A DNA stretch of 64,000 nt from Selaginella moellendorffii. Lineage: Eukaryota; Plantae; Lycopodiophyta. The notes beneath the pieces were generated by a model that had not been told where the DNA came from, ran no database searches, and saw nothing but the letters and a program-made list of their open reading frames with translations. Numbering within the stretch: the first letter of the stretch is position 1; each line of letters begins with the position of its first letter. The DNA lies in the NCBI RefSeq assembly GCF_000143415.4, contig NW_003314263.1:4344159-4408158 (forward strand), written 5' to 3'. Made by a program: the position numbers and the translations under genes. Of this stretch, positions 22,267-36,271 are shown piece after piece.

Positions 22267-24007
22267 CTAGACACTATAGTGCACCTATCTCCTCCCTGGG
22301 TAATAAGCACTAAGATCACCGTGATATATAGATCTATGCACTAAGATCCCTGTGATCTACATGTCTATCAAATCTACAAGTCTGTTTGGCTGGCTGGGTT
22401 CTTATGAGTATGCTCAGAACCTGGGCTAGTACCAGGCCTCCCCCTCCAATGCACATTTCAAGCTTGGCATGCTTGTGGCAGCCCTCAGCTACACAAGGGA
22501 GGCCTCCAGTACTGGAACAGCCGCAACCACCTCCATCAACCCATAATTCATTAGCATGTTTGATACCTGGGTCTAGTGTAAGGAATTTTTATCAGGAGTC
22601 TGCCCACTCCTCCCACAGACCTTTCCTCTAGACAGCCCTCACTCAAGTAACTACACTACTACAGAAAAGCATTATAATGACAATGAAAGTTTTGTGTTTG
22701 TTGGAAATTTAAGTTGTAATTTGTGATAGCTTTTATAGTTACTCAAATTTAAGTTGAAAATTATACAACTAAAATATAAATCATAATTTGTAATTGTATA
22801 TATATTTCTAATTATAATTACAGTTTAAAACTTTTAAAATATAAGTTCTTAAGGTTTGTAATTGAAAAATTTTTAGTCACAAATTTTAACAATATTTATT
22901 TCAATCAAATTACTAGTAGTAATAAAATGTGCCCATTTTTAACTCATAATTTCCTAATAAAAGGACTTTTCTTTCTTCCTCAAATCTGTATTATGCTATT
23001 TGTTTACAATTTAGGAATGAGAATTGCATGTTAGTGTTTGAGGTATAGAGGTAATCATATTCACCTCATACAAATAATCCCAAATCATATCATCTTTATG
23101 GTAGACATCCTTTAGCACCATATGATGTCACTAGAAGATATTCAAGGGGTTAGATTATGTAAATCTACTACTTCAATAGAACAATTTTTTTAAATTGGTG
23201 AAAGTTCTATAATTCCATATGATTGTGGTATTAATTTAAGTGGTGGTAACGATGGTGGCAATGATAATATTGAGGATAATAATATATTTGATTATTTCTC
23301 AGAATGGTTACATGGAAATGAAGACAATTTATTACCTATTTATGATGGGGCTAGTGTTTCTATTTTATCAGCTTGTTTAAGTATTCTAGATGTGTAAGTT
23401 ATTACTAAGGTAATTAAGTATATTTATTATTTTAGTATTTGATGAAGAGGTAAATGTTTTATCTTGTGTATCTTCCCAAGTAGAGCAAAAGAAGGAAACT
23501 TAAGTAAAATAGAGTTACATTTAAGCTTATGCATCTAAAAAAAAGACTCAACCTAGTTAACATTTGTCATAAATAAGCAAAAAGCAGTTATGAATGGTTA
23601 TAAAATCATGTAGTATATAAGTAACATATAAAAATATTTTAAAAAAAACTCTCACTATTATATGCATTTGCATTGAATTAACCATTTTTTCTCCTACTTA
23701 TGACTATTTGTGTAAAGTAGAGTTAAGAGAGTAATATATGTTTATCTTTACTCATACCTTTGGGATTCAAGGTTGAGTTTTATTCTATTCTCTTTTCATT
23801 CTTCTTCTTTTCACTATGTTTTTATCTCTGTTTGTTTGTCACTATTTTGCAAGCAGGGGCAAGAACATGAGTATATGCAGAAAAAGCTTTGGCGACCATG
23901 GTAGGATAAGCCATCACTCTTTGGCTTGAAAAACAACTAAAAGAAAATCGCTTGTGAAATTCTAAATATGCCTAGCATTAAAAATCATAAATAGATCTCT
24001 TCGGTAA

Positions 24008-25894
24008 TGTTATGATCCGGCGCAAAAAGACAAAGATCTAGTTGCCCTAGACTGTGCTACGCCACCTCTTGAGGTTCCTCACCACCCAACCACCCCCGAG
24101 CTACCTCAAAAGCTCCACTGTGAGCCCTAGGGTAGGTTAAGTCCCTTACCCTAACATATATACCCTTGAGCCTCCCTTTGACCGACATTGACCACGTAGT
24201 CAAAGTTGGCGCCTAACAATTCTTTCCCCCCAACAAAGTCCTTGTCCCAAGGACGAGTTGTACCGGTGATCACCCTTTCTGGGGAATCCTGCTCAAGCTC
24301 CTGGTCCATCTTCCACAGCCATATACATCAAGGAGGCATTGGGCCCGTCACTCCGAGATAGTACACCTTTCAACTGGCTGACATAAAATACCGGATGAAT
24401 TTTCACCCCAACTGGCAGCCGCACCAGATAAGCCGCTTTACCAATGCGCTCCAGCACTTCATATGGACCAGCATATCGATGGGAAAGTTTATCACTCTTC
24501 CCTGTCCGTAAAGGCACCAAGGTGTTCCGCCGCTCACTTGACGGAAAGATCACTCGCACAAAGACGAGATCACCCACCTTATATTCTCGGAATTGGCGAT
24601 GCTCATTAGCAAACTTCTCCGCTCTATCTTGAGCTACTTGCAAATTCCGTTTACACACCACCAGAATCTCATCAAGTTCTGTGGCCAGATCAGTTGCCTC
24701 GGAATCAAGCTTATCTTGAACGTCCTTACTCAAATGCAATCCCAACTCCACCGCTGTTCGAGGATGCCTTCCAAACATGGCAAAGTAAGGATTTAGCTTG
24801 GTTCCACTGTGTTGGCTATTGTTGTAAGCAAATTGCACCAACGGAAGATATAGATCCCACTGTCCTTGCCTTTGACCAATGCTACAACGTAGCATATCCT
24901 CCACCACTTGATTCACACGCTCAGTTTACCCATCCGTCTGAGGATGATCTCCACTCGAGAGTTTCAAAGTCACTTGCATAGCCTTTGCAAAGCTTTTCCA
25001 AAATCCACTGGTGAACTTTGAATCTCGATCACTAATGATTTCACTAATGACTAATCAAGCGAGTAAGCTTCTCAATATAATCCCCGAGCGTCATTTTCCC
25101 TTGCTGGAAATGGCGAAGTTCTGTACGAGCATTCTCCACATCGTAATGAGGGGCAAAACGTAAACAGAAAGCAGCCTCAAACTCATCCATGGTAGACACT
25201 GGTGGTTTCTTATCTGCAACACAGGACTCCTCAAGCCAATTCCACCATCGAAGACCCGCATCATGCAAAACCATCGGAATAGCCACTAAAGCCTCTACAT
25301 CTGGAGTTCCTCTAGTAGCCAAGAACTTCTTCACATTGGCTAGCCAAGCGAGACACTCGTCCACACCACCATCACTGGAAAAAGTTGGAATCTTGAGTCG
25401 ATCTACCAAAGAAGGCTTACTTGGAGCGCTACCCCGTCCAGCCTCGAGTGCCTCAACATGCCCACGCATGGTATCCATCATGCCATGCATCTCGTCTTGC
25501 ATCTCTTGCTGATTTTTATTAAGGGCTCGTAGCTCATGAACCACATCTTGAATGGTCCAAATCTTCGCAGCTTCGTCGGCACCATCGTCGGCACCACCAT
25601 CGACGATAGAATTCCAGCGTTCAGCTTGGTCGGCCATCGCAACCAACTCCTCTGATACCAATGTTATGATCCGGCGCAAAAAGACAAAGATCTAGTTGCC
25701 CTAGACTATGCTACGCCACCTCTTGAGGTTCCCCACCACCCAACCACCCCCGAGCTACCTCAAAAGCTCCACTGCGCCGCCGCTCCACTGTGAGCCCTAG
25801 GGTAGGTTAAGTCCCTTACCCTAACATGCCTTAATATACCCTTGAGCCTCCCTTTGACCGACGTTGACCACGTATTCAAAGCTGGCGCCTAACA
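24008..25894 (-). mobile_element. Internally deleted Ty3/Gypsy element (family B): gag 5' part fused to integrase 3' part
   Basis: LTRs 24008-24218 and 25662-25894; TSD GGTAA; PBS TGGTATCAGA (tRNA-iMet) at 25651-25660; PPT; gag ORF 25044-25679 and integrase C-terminus 24293-24916 (RYAGPY, IHPVFYVSQLK). Confidence 0.9.
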
Positions 25895-26016
25895 GGTAAC
25901 TACAAAGGCTCTGAGTTTGAATAATACTGAACAAAGAAGCTCTTTTTGCGATTATAATGGCTTAGTGCCTAGATAATGCAAGAAATATAATTTTTCAACC
26001 GTTACAAAGCATAGGA

Positions 26017-26640
26017 TGTAACACATGTGATCATGGGATGATATTTAAATATATTGTCACCAACAAACTTTAGAGGGATAAATGGGGATGAAATAATGAC
26101 TAAGGGCTCTCTCATCAAGTAATTGCCCATTTTTCAGTTGATATAAAAGAAAAAAGATAAAGTGCACTATATGTGGTGCTGGAGCAAATAGCATGGGTAT
26201 TTTCATTAATTAGTGGCTACTTAAAATATAATATACACTTGAGCAAGGTATATTCCTACCCCTAAATTTGAAATCATATGTATTAAATATCTATATGTAG
26301 ATCATTCCTCTTATGGAGTATCTATAGACGAAGGTATCCACCATGGGATTACGGTATGGGTAAATAACTAGTTGCCTCATATGGAATAGTTGATCTATAC
26401 AATAAAAGGATTGGTAAATTCACTACAGAAATAGAGGTGCTAATTCCCTTTGGCTTAATACAGGTTTTTAATTAATAGTTAATAAGGATGTTGACATCTT
26501 TCAAGGGGGGTCCTTAGAATCTTAGAGGGATGAATGGGGATAAAATAACTATCAAAGGTTTTCTCATTAAGCAATTGTTTATTTTCCATTTAGCTTAAGG
26601 AGAGAGAGATAGGGTATGTTATATGGGACGAGTTTGAAAA
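26017..26640 (+). repeat. Short LTR/TRIM-like repeat (family F); further copies at ~54717-54830 and ~61216-61725
   Basis: Shared start TGTA(A/G)C(A/G)(C/T)ATGT(G/A)ATCATGGGATGA; a G-rich PPT-like tract precedes a restart of the repeat. Confidence 0.55.
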
Positions 26641-29600
26641 TAGAAAGACATAACTTGGATCAACACTATTACACTAAGGCTTATTTTCCTTTAAAAAGCT
26701 AACTAAGCTATCATATATAAGCAAAAAAATTGGGCATTTGTAACTCTTGTCTTGAACTCTAGCTTAAAGAGAGCTAAAGCTAGCCTTAGTGAAGAATACA
26801 TTAGGGAATTATTCACCCATATCTTACGAGACTTTGACAAAGATAGAATCATGATTACAACATTGTGCTATCTCAAAGCTTTGATCCAAGGTCTTTTAAC
26901 TTGGACAACTACTCAAACATGGTTTGAGAATAAACTTGTCTTGAGTTTAAGTCTTCTATGCATATTGCAAGAGCTTATGAGACTTGAACAAGACTCACAA
27001 ATAAAAAATTTAGAAGCGATTATTATGAACTGCTAACCATTTAAACCACTTTATGCTTAGTACATTTAGGCAAATTAATCAAAGCTCATCTTTTATATAT
27101 AGAGAGCTTACTCAAACATTTAAGATTACAAACACTACTTAGTGTTATACAAGCTTGAGTAAAGATTTGTATTAATTATTACTGCCCATTAGTGAAGAGG
27201 CTAAAGAGAAATTTGCCTTGAAAAGCAATTTTTGTCTAGATCTAAAGTAAAGTCTTCCACGAATTAGTTATCACATGCTTGAAAAACTATCTAACATCAT
27301 TCCACAAGCAAATTAATCTAGAATATGCTATCATGCACTAGACAATTTAACCCTTGTGTTTATTTTACAAGGCAATTTCATAGAATGGTCTCCACACCCT
27401 ATTCAAATTAGTTTCCAATATTGATCCATTTAAAAAAGGTTTCCCTTTGAATGTATGCTAAAGTTTACTTAGGGAGTTTAAAGTATTTGTTAAAATTTGC
27501 TAAGACCAATAAGCCACTCTTTATATTCCATAGTTGTAAGGGCAAAGTTGGTTATAAACCAGAGGGTAAAACCCATTATGAACCAAGCAAGCTACTCTGG
27601 AATTGGCTATCATGCATTACAAACCTTGCACTAAATTAATCTTAACTACACTAGGCACAAGCCAAAAGGGAAAGTCCTTCTATGCACCTAGGTGGAAAGA
27701 TTAAGGATTGACACACCGTAGTTTTGATAGAAGTTGATTGGGGGAATTAGGGTAGACAAAATAAAAATGTTTATTAGCGATCCACCATATTTATCAAAAG
27801 ATATATTTTGGTTATAGACTCAGACGAAAGTTAATTGATCCCCACTCTGTATGACTAGGCAAAAGTATAATAAAAGTAAAAACTAAACCATCTTGTATGC
27901 TTAACTAGGCCAATGAATGATAGATTTAATGAAATTGCTTAAACAATTCAATGAAATACTGAGCAAGATAATTAACAATATTCTACTCAAGGTATATAAA
28001 AGTTTGACTTTTGGTACCTTTATTATTATCAAAGAAGGTATGATAATTTACAAAGTCGTGTCTTCACTCACAAAACTGCAAATGAGCTGAGTGAGCAAGC
28101 AGTCCAAAGCTTTATAGAGGATCTCACTCAACACATCAAGGGAGGAGGAAAATAGTCAATCGATGAGTCGATACAACTGGTAGAAAATGAGAAAACAACG
28201 AAATACTACACATAGGTCTTAAGGTACCTTATAACAATCACCAAGATAATGGATGAAGTCATGAGTGAGCAGAATCATTAGTGCCACATAATCCAAGAAC
28301 TTAAGAGTGCAATCTCGGCTTCCACATCCACCGATGCAGAGCGCATCAACTGCCAGGACTAGCATATTGCAATACTTGACTAGGAAAATCAGATCATGCA
28401 TTAGGAATTTGACGGTCTATGCCGAAACATTGAGGTTGTCACCATGAAGACCAAACTCAATAGGCAGGATTTAGAGAATTTGACTACCTGAGGATAGACA
28501 ATAACTTTGTTATGGGGGAGTGATAAAGAGGTAAATGTTTTATTTTATATAAGTAGAGCAAAAAAAGGAAGTTTAAGCAAAATGGAGTTATACCTAAGTT
28601 TAGGCATCTAAAGAAGAAAGACTCGACCTAGACAATGCTCATTATAGATAAGTGACAAGCAGTTAGGACCAGTTATAAAATCACATAGTATACAAGTAGC
28701 ACATAGACGTGCTAGAAAATAACCTTCACTCACTATTATATGCATTTGCATTGAATTAACCATCTTTTCTCTTGTTTATGACTTTTTGTGTAAAGTAGAG
28801 TTGAGAGAGTGACATATGTTTATCCTTACTCATGCTTTTGGGATTCAAGGTTGAGTTCTATTCTATTTTCTTTTCATTCTTTTTCTTTTTTTTTCTTCTC
28901 TACATTCTTGTCTTTGTTTATTTGTCATTATTTTACTAACAAGGGCAAGAATGTGAGTTTAGGTAGAAAAATCCTTACTCAGTATTAATTTTTTATTATT
29001 TAGATGAAGGCTCATCAAACAAATGTTGCCTACAAATAATATTTTTCCAAATAATTATAAGGAAGTGGTAAAAGTCACTAAACACAGTGGACTTACCTAC
29101 AAAAAGATTGATTAATGCATCAATGATTATATGTTATTTCATAAGGAGAACAAGGAACTTCAATTTTGTTAAATATATAATGCTAGCAGCTATAAAGATT
29201 TTAATAATTCTATACTAGAGAAAATAGTGTGCTATTTCCCTATTATACCTTGACTTCAATAATAATTTCAATGTAGAGAAATAACATAATACATGACTTA
29301 TCATTTTGATCATCAATCCATTAATGGAATAATGAGATTCTATACAGATTGTTTAGCTTGGAAAAAGCTCAAAAATGATTATCCGAAGTTTGTAATAGAT
29401 CCAAGAAATATACATCTTAGTGTGGCTGTAGATAGTATTTCTCCAATAAAATTAATGGCAATACCATATTTATATTAACTAATTATTGTAATCAATAATA
29501 CCAACTCTAATAATTAAGCCTTCATTTAAATTTCCTATTAAGGTATTAGGTTAAAAATTAAAATAAAATAATTATATTTATAATTTTTCTAGGTCCAAAA

Positions 29601-31450
29601 CATCCTAAGTTTTTTAATACTTATTTGTCATTATTTATGGAAGAGTTAAAACATGGAGTACCGGTATATTCATGATTTTCCTAGATTATGAACCGGTTTA
29701 GAACTTCAAACTAGTGGGAAATACTTTTGCATAGACTTTAGGCTTGGATTTCTTGGAATATGGTCATGAATTTTACATAAATACATATATATTGGTCATT
29801 AGTGTTTTTTACCTTAGGATCATCCATTTAGGTCTACTGATAGAAAATAAGATTTTAATTAATATTTCCAAAATATAAATTAACCTATAATTTTAATTAT
29901 TTTATTTAATGGTCATAATTGTATTTGACTCATATCAGGACAGGACAGAGGACTCCAGAACAATGGGAAACATATTATTATTTGGTTAAACAAGAAAATT
30001 AAATATTATCACCTAATGGTATGAAATGGTTACCCACATTTTATTAGTTTCCATATTTTTATAAGTTGCCAGTAGAATTTTTAAAGGATTATATGGATAT
30101 ATTTAAAAATGTTTCTAAAACTATTATTGCTAACAATGATGGATTAAGTAATAAAAAAGATTTAGTTGCACATAGAATGAAGCAAAATATGTGGCTACAA
30201 CATGATGAAAAATTTGATTGTGCAACTTGAACATTAACAAGTCATAAAAACAAATTACTTATATATAATTTAAAAGTTTTAAAAGTGCCTACAACATATG
30301 GAATTGCATTTTCAAATTGTGTCGATAAGAAAGGTATTTTAACATGTATGAAAATTCATGATAGGCTTCCTATACTACAAGTAAGTTTCTAAATTTACTA
30401 ATATAAACTAATAGAATTTTTATCCCATTTTTATAATGGGAAACACACCTCAATTACAGGAAGTAATATATTTGCATAGAGAAGTTGCAAGGTACTAGTT
30501 GATTTAATTATTTGATTTCACTTATTTTTAATTTCTATTAGGTTTTTAATGCTTGAGAAGTAGATAAATCTTTGATACCTATTATGAAAGAAACATTTAG
30601 CACATATTGGAAAGAACATTACCTACAACAACTATGATAATACAAGTACATATATTAGTATACTTAGTGAATGAGCTAGAAAATAATTTTGAAAATTATA
30701 AATTTCCAATGCCTAAATATCTACTTTTTAAGAGAAAACATAAAATTTTAATACAATATTTAGAAATCCCTATTTATATGAACTCCCTATTAACCATTTA
30801 TTAAATAAAAATCTTATAAGAATATAAAAAGTTCAAAGAATCTATAGAATTGTAAGAAATGATTTGAAGACTCTAAAAAGGTATATTTATATTAATATCT
30901 TATTTTACATTTTGGTTTAAGGAAGAGGCTTTCGATTGTTGTTCATCAACTCAATTATGTGTGCAATAAGATGGCACTTGAGGATACTCATGCATCAACT
31001 TTAATGTTGGAGGGCATGTTTCATGGCTGTCTAGTGCAGGATTTACTAGATAGTGGGAGTGATGACAACTTTGTTTTAGTAAAGTTTGTTGTGAAGCATA
31101 ACTTGGTGACATGAGGAGTTGTTCTATACATAATGGAAGATGCAACTATCTTTGCTCAACATTTTGATGCTTATATAGAGGGGTTAGAAGTGTTGGTTGG
31201 TAAAACCACACTTGTGAAAGAATTTTATCTTAGAGATATCTGTTGTGTGGATCTCATTTTTAGATTATCATGGTTGGTGAAGGTGGATCCAAAAATAAAG
31301 TGGAGTATTAAGTGTGTCTCGCTAAAGTACAATGGCGTTAAAGATGTATGGTTTGGAGAGAGGTTCAACCTCTAGTTTTTATGCTTTCTACTACATCTTT
31401 GAAGGATTGTTATAATAGAAAAGCACTTTCAAGTTACTTGCTATTTGTTC

Positions 31451-31550
31451 NNNNNNNNNNNNNNNNNNNNNNNNNNNNNNNNNNNNNNNNNNNNNNNNNN
31501 NNNNNNNNNNNNNNNNNNNNNNNNNNNNNNNNNNNNNNNNNNNNNNNNNN
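31451..31550. other. Assembly gap (100 N)
   Basis: Run of n characters. Confidence 1.
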
Positions 31551-32092
31551 GACGAGTACTTCATTTGAGTTTGGATTTATTCAACTAAGTCTTCATTTGT
31601 TCCGGTTTTGCTTGTGAAGAAGAAAGATGATTCAATGAAAATATGTACTGACTACAGTGTTTTGAACAAGAAGACAATGAAGGATAAAATGCCAATAATG
31701 CATGTGGATGATATTTTAAACAAGCTTGGTGAAGCACGAGTGTTTACCAAGATTAATTTAAAAAGTGGATATCATTAGATTGCAATAGATGATGCATCTA
31801 TTTCGAAGACGGCATTTAGTACAAGCTTTGGGCATTTTGAGTTTATAATTATGCCATTTGGTTTGACAAATGCACCAACCACATTTACTTGGTTGATGAT
31901 TGAAGTATTTGGATGTTATCTTCATGAGTTTATGGAGATTTTCTTGGATGATATTATTGTTTTCAACAAGAATATAGAGGAAAATAAGGTGCATTTGCAC
32001 AAGGTTCTTTTGACAACAAACTTTACGCAAAAAAAAGCAAATGTGAGTTTGCAAAATTGGAGGTAGAATATCTAGGCATATAAGGTAAGGGC

Positions 32093-32510
32093 TGAAAACT
32101 CCTGGATTCTCTAAATTGGGAGGGAAACATCCACATGAAAACTTCCTAGAAGTTTCAAATCTAATCTAGTCTCTAAATCTAAAATTACACTATGAGAAGA
32201 ATGCACTTACTTGCTTGTGCCAAACCTAGTAGATACTGTGAACACATGCTTGAAAGTGCTAGTCCCACGCCTTTGATCCCTTGAAGGTGGTAGGTAAGTA
32301 AGACATTGCCATGAAGAGCCAAAGAGATATGCAGAATGACGATGTATTGCAATGTATTTTGTATTAAGGGTAAGTCTAAAAACTTTCTAAGTCATACTTT
32401 TATAGTCGCTGCTGCTCACGTCAAGGTTAGGAATACAATCCAAACCTTGAACCTCTCAAGTTTGTGTTCCTAAGCTTGAGCTTCCGAGCTTGATTTTTTC
32501 TCTTTCTCCA
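32093..32510 (-). repeat. Isolated LTR of family A (more diverged copy)
   Basis: Aligns by eye to 9688-10106 over its full length; flanks do not form a TSD. Confidence 0.85.
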
Positions 32511-35462
32511 GTTGCGATGGCTGACTAAGTTGAACACTGGAATCCTATTGTCGATGGTGGTGTCGACGATGGTGTCGACGGAACTGTGGAGATTTGGACC
32601 ATTCAAGATGTGGTTTATGAGCTGCAAGCCCTTCATTGAAATCAACAAGAATAATGGCTAATCTTCTACTCACGGTAAGTTAGATACTAAAAAGTTGCAA
32701 ACTTTGCAGTGTGAGGATGATGAGAACGACTATTCCAGTCGAAAGAAGAGACTTTCAATCGTTGCTCGTTAGCTTAACTATGTGTGGAACAAAATGGAGC
32801 TCGAGGATACTCGTGAATCAGATTTAATGTTGAAGGGCGTGTTTCGTGGCGATCTAGTGTGGATTTTACTAGATAGTGGGAGCGATGACAACTTTGTTTC
32901 GGCAAAGTTTGTTGTGGAGCATGGCCTGATCACACGTAGAGTTCTTCCATACACAGTGGAAGGTGTAGCTACCTCTGCTCAGCATTTCAATGCTTGTGTC
33001 GAGGGTCTGGAAGTGTTGGTTAGCAAAACCACACTTGTGGAGATTTTTTATCTTGCGGATATCCATCATGTGGATCTCATTTTTGGGATGCTATAGTTGG
33101 TGGATCTAGAGATAAAATGGAGTATTAAACGTGTCTCGCTAGAATATGGTGGTGTTAAAAATGTGTGGTTTGGTGAAGGTGTTCAATCACCAGTTGTTAT
33201 GCTCTCTGCTACATCTTTGAAGCAGATTTGTCATAATAGAAAAGAACTTTCAAGTTACTTGCTGTTTGTTCGTGACTTGAGGGACCAAGGCACGTGTGGG
33301 GGAGAAGCAGTAGTACGGGATGTACTTGATGAGTTTTCTGATGTTTTTCCATCTGAACTTCCTCATGGGTTGCCTCCATTATGAGGTGTGGAATATGAGA
33401 TTACATTGGCATAAGTTCGTAGAGGTGGCTATTCCTTTGACACGGTTGTTACGCAAGAATGTGCCATTCGAGTGGAAGAAGCCACAAGAGGAGAGTTTTG
33501 TGGTGCTGAAATGATTGTTGAGCGAAACTCCAATGTTTCGCATTACTGATCCATTGAAACCTTACGAGGTGACATTATGTACTCTCCATTGTTAATGCTT
33601 TAGAGGCATGGTGCCCCTATCTTTATGGTGCAGCGTTTGTGGTGTTGACAGATTACAAACCACTTATGTATCTTTTCACACAGAAGGAGTTGAATATTAA
33701 GCAAGCTTATTGGATGGTCAAACTCATGGAGTTTGGGGAGTTTCCTATTGAGCATCGTTTGGGAAAATCAAATGTGGTGGCAAATGCTTTATTTCATATT
33801 TGTCATGTAACAACATTATAAACATGATTTTGTCATCATTTGAGTAAGATGGTTAGGAGTTTGGGCAGTTGGTTGAACATGCTCAAGCTCAGGATGCTGA
33901 GGTGGCCTCTTTGCGAGACCAGATGGCCACTCCTTTCTCATTGGTGGATGGGATTCTCTACTACAATGGCTGTGTCTATTTGCCATAGGTGGATGCATTA
34001 ATTACTCAAGTTTTATTCCACTATCATGATCGTCCAGAGGCTGTTCATTTTTGGGGGAAGAAGACATATAACTTGATTAAGTGCAATTTTTAATGGAGGA
34101 ATATGAAGGCTGATATCCTCAAGTATTGTAAATCATGCAAGCTCTGTCAGCGGGTTAAGGTGCCATGGGAGAAGCTGGGGGGACTTTTACAACCTTTACC
34201 TATTCCTTAGAGCCATTAGTGTAATATCTCTATGGACTTCATCACTTGTTTGCCATGAACACAAAGGCAAAAAGAGCAAGTATGGGTAATAGTGAATCAG
34301 TTGACGAAGTATGTGCAGTTGTTGGCTCTTCAAAAGACTGTCACTGCCTCAGACTTAGCTGTGGTTTACTTGGAAAAGGTTTTTCCTAATTTTGGTTTGC
34401 CAAAGGACATCATTAGTGATCGAGATTCAAAGTTCACTAGTGGATTTTGGAAAAGCTTTGCAAAGGCTATGCAAGTGACTTTGAAACTATCGAGTGGAGA
34501 TCATCCTCAGACAGATGGGCAAACCTAGCGTGTGAATCAGGTGGTGGAGGATATGCTATGTTGTACCATTGGTTAAAGGCAAGGTCAGTGGGATCTATAT
34601 CTTCTATTGGCCCAATTTACTTACAATAATAACCAACACAGTGGAACCAAGCTAAGTCCTTACTTTGCCATGTTTGGAAGGCATCCTCAAACAGCGGTGG
34701 AGTTGAAATTGCATTTGAGTAAGGATGTTCAAGATAAGCTTGATTCCGAGGCGACTAATCTGGCCACAGAACTTAATGAGATTTTGGTGGTGTGCAAACG
34801 GAATTTGCAAGCAGCTTAGGATAGAGTGGAGAAGTTTGCCAATGAGCATAGCCAATTTCGGGAATATAAGATGGGTGATCTTGTCTTTGTACGATTGATC
34901 TTTCCGTCAAGTGAGCGGTAGAACACCTTGGTGCCTTTATGGACAGGGAAGAGTGATAAGCTTTTCCATCGATATGCTAGTCCATATGAAGTGCTGGAGC
35001 ATATTGGTAAAGCGGCTTATTGGGTGCAGTTGCTAACTGGGGTGGAAATTCATCTGGTATTTTATGTCAGCCAATTGAAAGGTGTACTATCTCGGAGTGA
35101 TGGGCCCAATGCCTCCTTGATGTATATGGCTGTGGAAGATGGACCAAGAGCTTGAGCAAGGTTCCCAGAAAGTGTGATCACCGGTACAACTTGTCCTTGG
35201 GAGAAGGACTTTGTTGGGGGGGAAGAATTGTTAGGTATCAGCTTTGACCACGTGGTCAACATCAGTCAAAGGGAGGCTCAAGGGTATATTAAGGCATGTT
35301 AGGGTAAGGGACAGAAACCTACCCCAAGGCTCATAGTGGAGCAGTAGTGCAATGGAGCTTTTGAGGTAGCTCGGGGGTGGTTGGGTGGTGAGGAATCTTA
35401 AGAGGTGGCATAGCATATTCTAGGGCAGTTAGATCTTTGTCTTTTTGCACCGGATCATAACA
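32511..35462 (+). mobile_element. Degenerate Gypsy family-B copy (gag/PR/RH/IN remnants plus 3' LTR 35229-35462)
   Basis: Integrase and LTR are reverse-complement near-copies of 24008-25020; PPT GGGGGGGAAGAAT. Confidence 0.85.
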
Positions 35463-35710
35463 AGGCCATATTTTGATATTTAAGGGTGTCAAAATGAATC
35501 CAAGAAAGGTGGTTGTGGTGGAAAACTAGCCTACACCAACTTCAGTGACCAAGTTATGTAGCTTTCTTAATATGGTTAGTTACTATTGACATTTCCAGCA
35601 TAAATTTGCGGAGGTGGCTATTCCTTTGATACAGTTGTTGCACAGGAACATGTCATTCGAGTGGAAGAAGCCCCATGAGAAGAGTTTTATGGCATTGAAA
35701 CAGTTGTTGA

Positions 35711-36271
35711 TGCAACATATAGGTACATTTCTCCATTGCCCCTTAAGGGCTAATACAACATTGAGAGCACACTCTCAGAGAAATTAGTGAAACCAGTGAA
35801 ACCATAAGCATGAACACTCGACACTATTCTTGGGCTGTCTGCCTCCCAAGTTCCTCCACCATGAAACTTGAGGCCACCTACTACACTCCATGAGCATAAA
35901 CGCCTGGCGCTACTCTTGGGTTGTCCACCTCCCAAGTGACTCTGCCATGAAACTTGAAGCCCCCTGCTACACTTCATGATCTGCGAGACTTGCATGGAGT
36001 GCTCCACCACTAGTATGCTTTCGGGCCCAAAACAATGTCCAATTGCAACGAAACTCCAACTCATAGCTCCAAGCAAGGTGTGAACGTCTTCCAACTCAAA
36101 GCTGAAGTGTGCTACCTTACCTCCTATACGAGACAAGTGCACGAACTCATCCTCAATTGAGTCCTAGCCCTACAATAGGGACTAGAGAAAGGGCATGAAC
36201 CTCCTCCAAAGGGAGCAAACTCCAAAGTAGGCATTGGAGAAGAGATATATGGATCCCCTATGCGTGTCGCA
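35711..36271 (-). repeat. LTR-like repeat (family C); internally deleted copy at 52262-52489 (+)
   Basis: TG...CA termini; both ends match the reverse complement of 52262-52489. Confidence 0.65.

Larger units (their letters stand above)
23440..28981 (+). mobile_element. Old degenerate LTR retrotransposon inserted in a CACTA intron
   Basis: Diverged LTRs ~23440-23889 and 28521-28981; PBS TGGCGACCATGGTAGGA at ~23890; PPT ATGGGGGAG before the 3' LTR; TSD GTATT (23435-23439, 28982-28986). Confidence 0.75.
22654..30800 (+). mobile_element. Degenerate CACTA/EnSpm element (Tnp2 transposase remnants) with nested LTR elements
   Basis: Starts CACTACTACAGAAAA at 22654. Tnp2 remnant MRFYTDCLAWKKLKNDYPKFVIDPRNIHLSVAVDSISP (29293-29478) and downstream pieces (MKIHD, TIQVHILVYLV-like). 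Right end not found. Confidence 0.75.
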
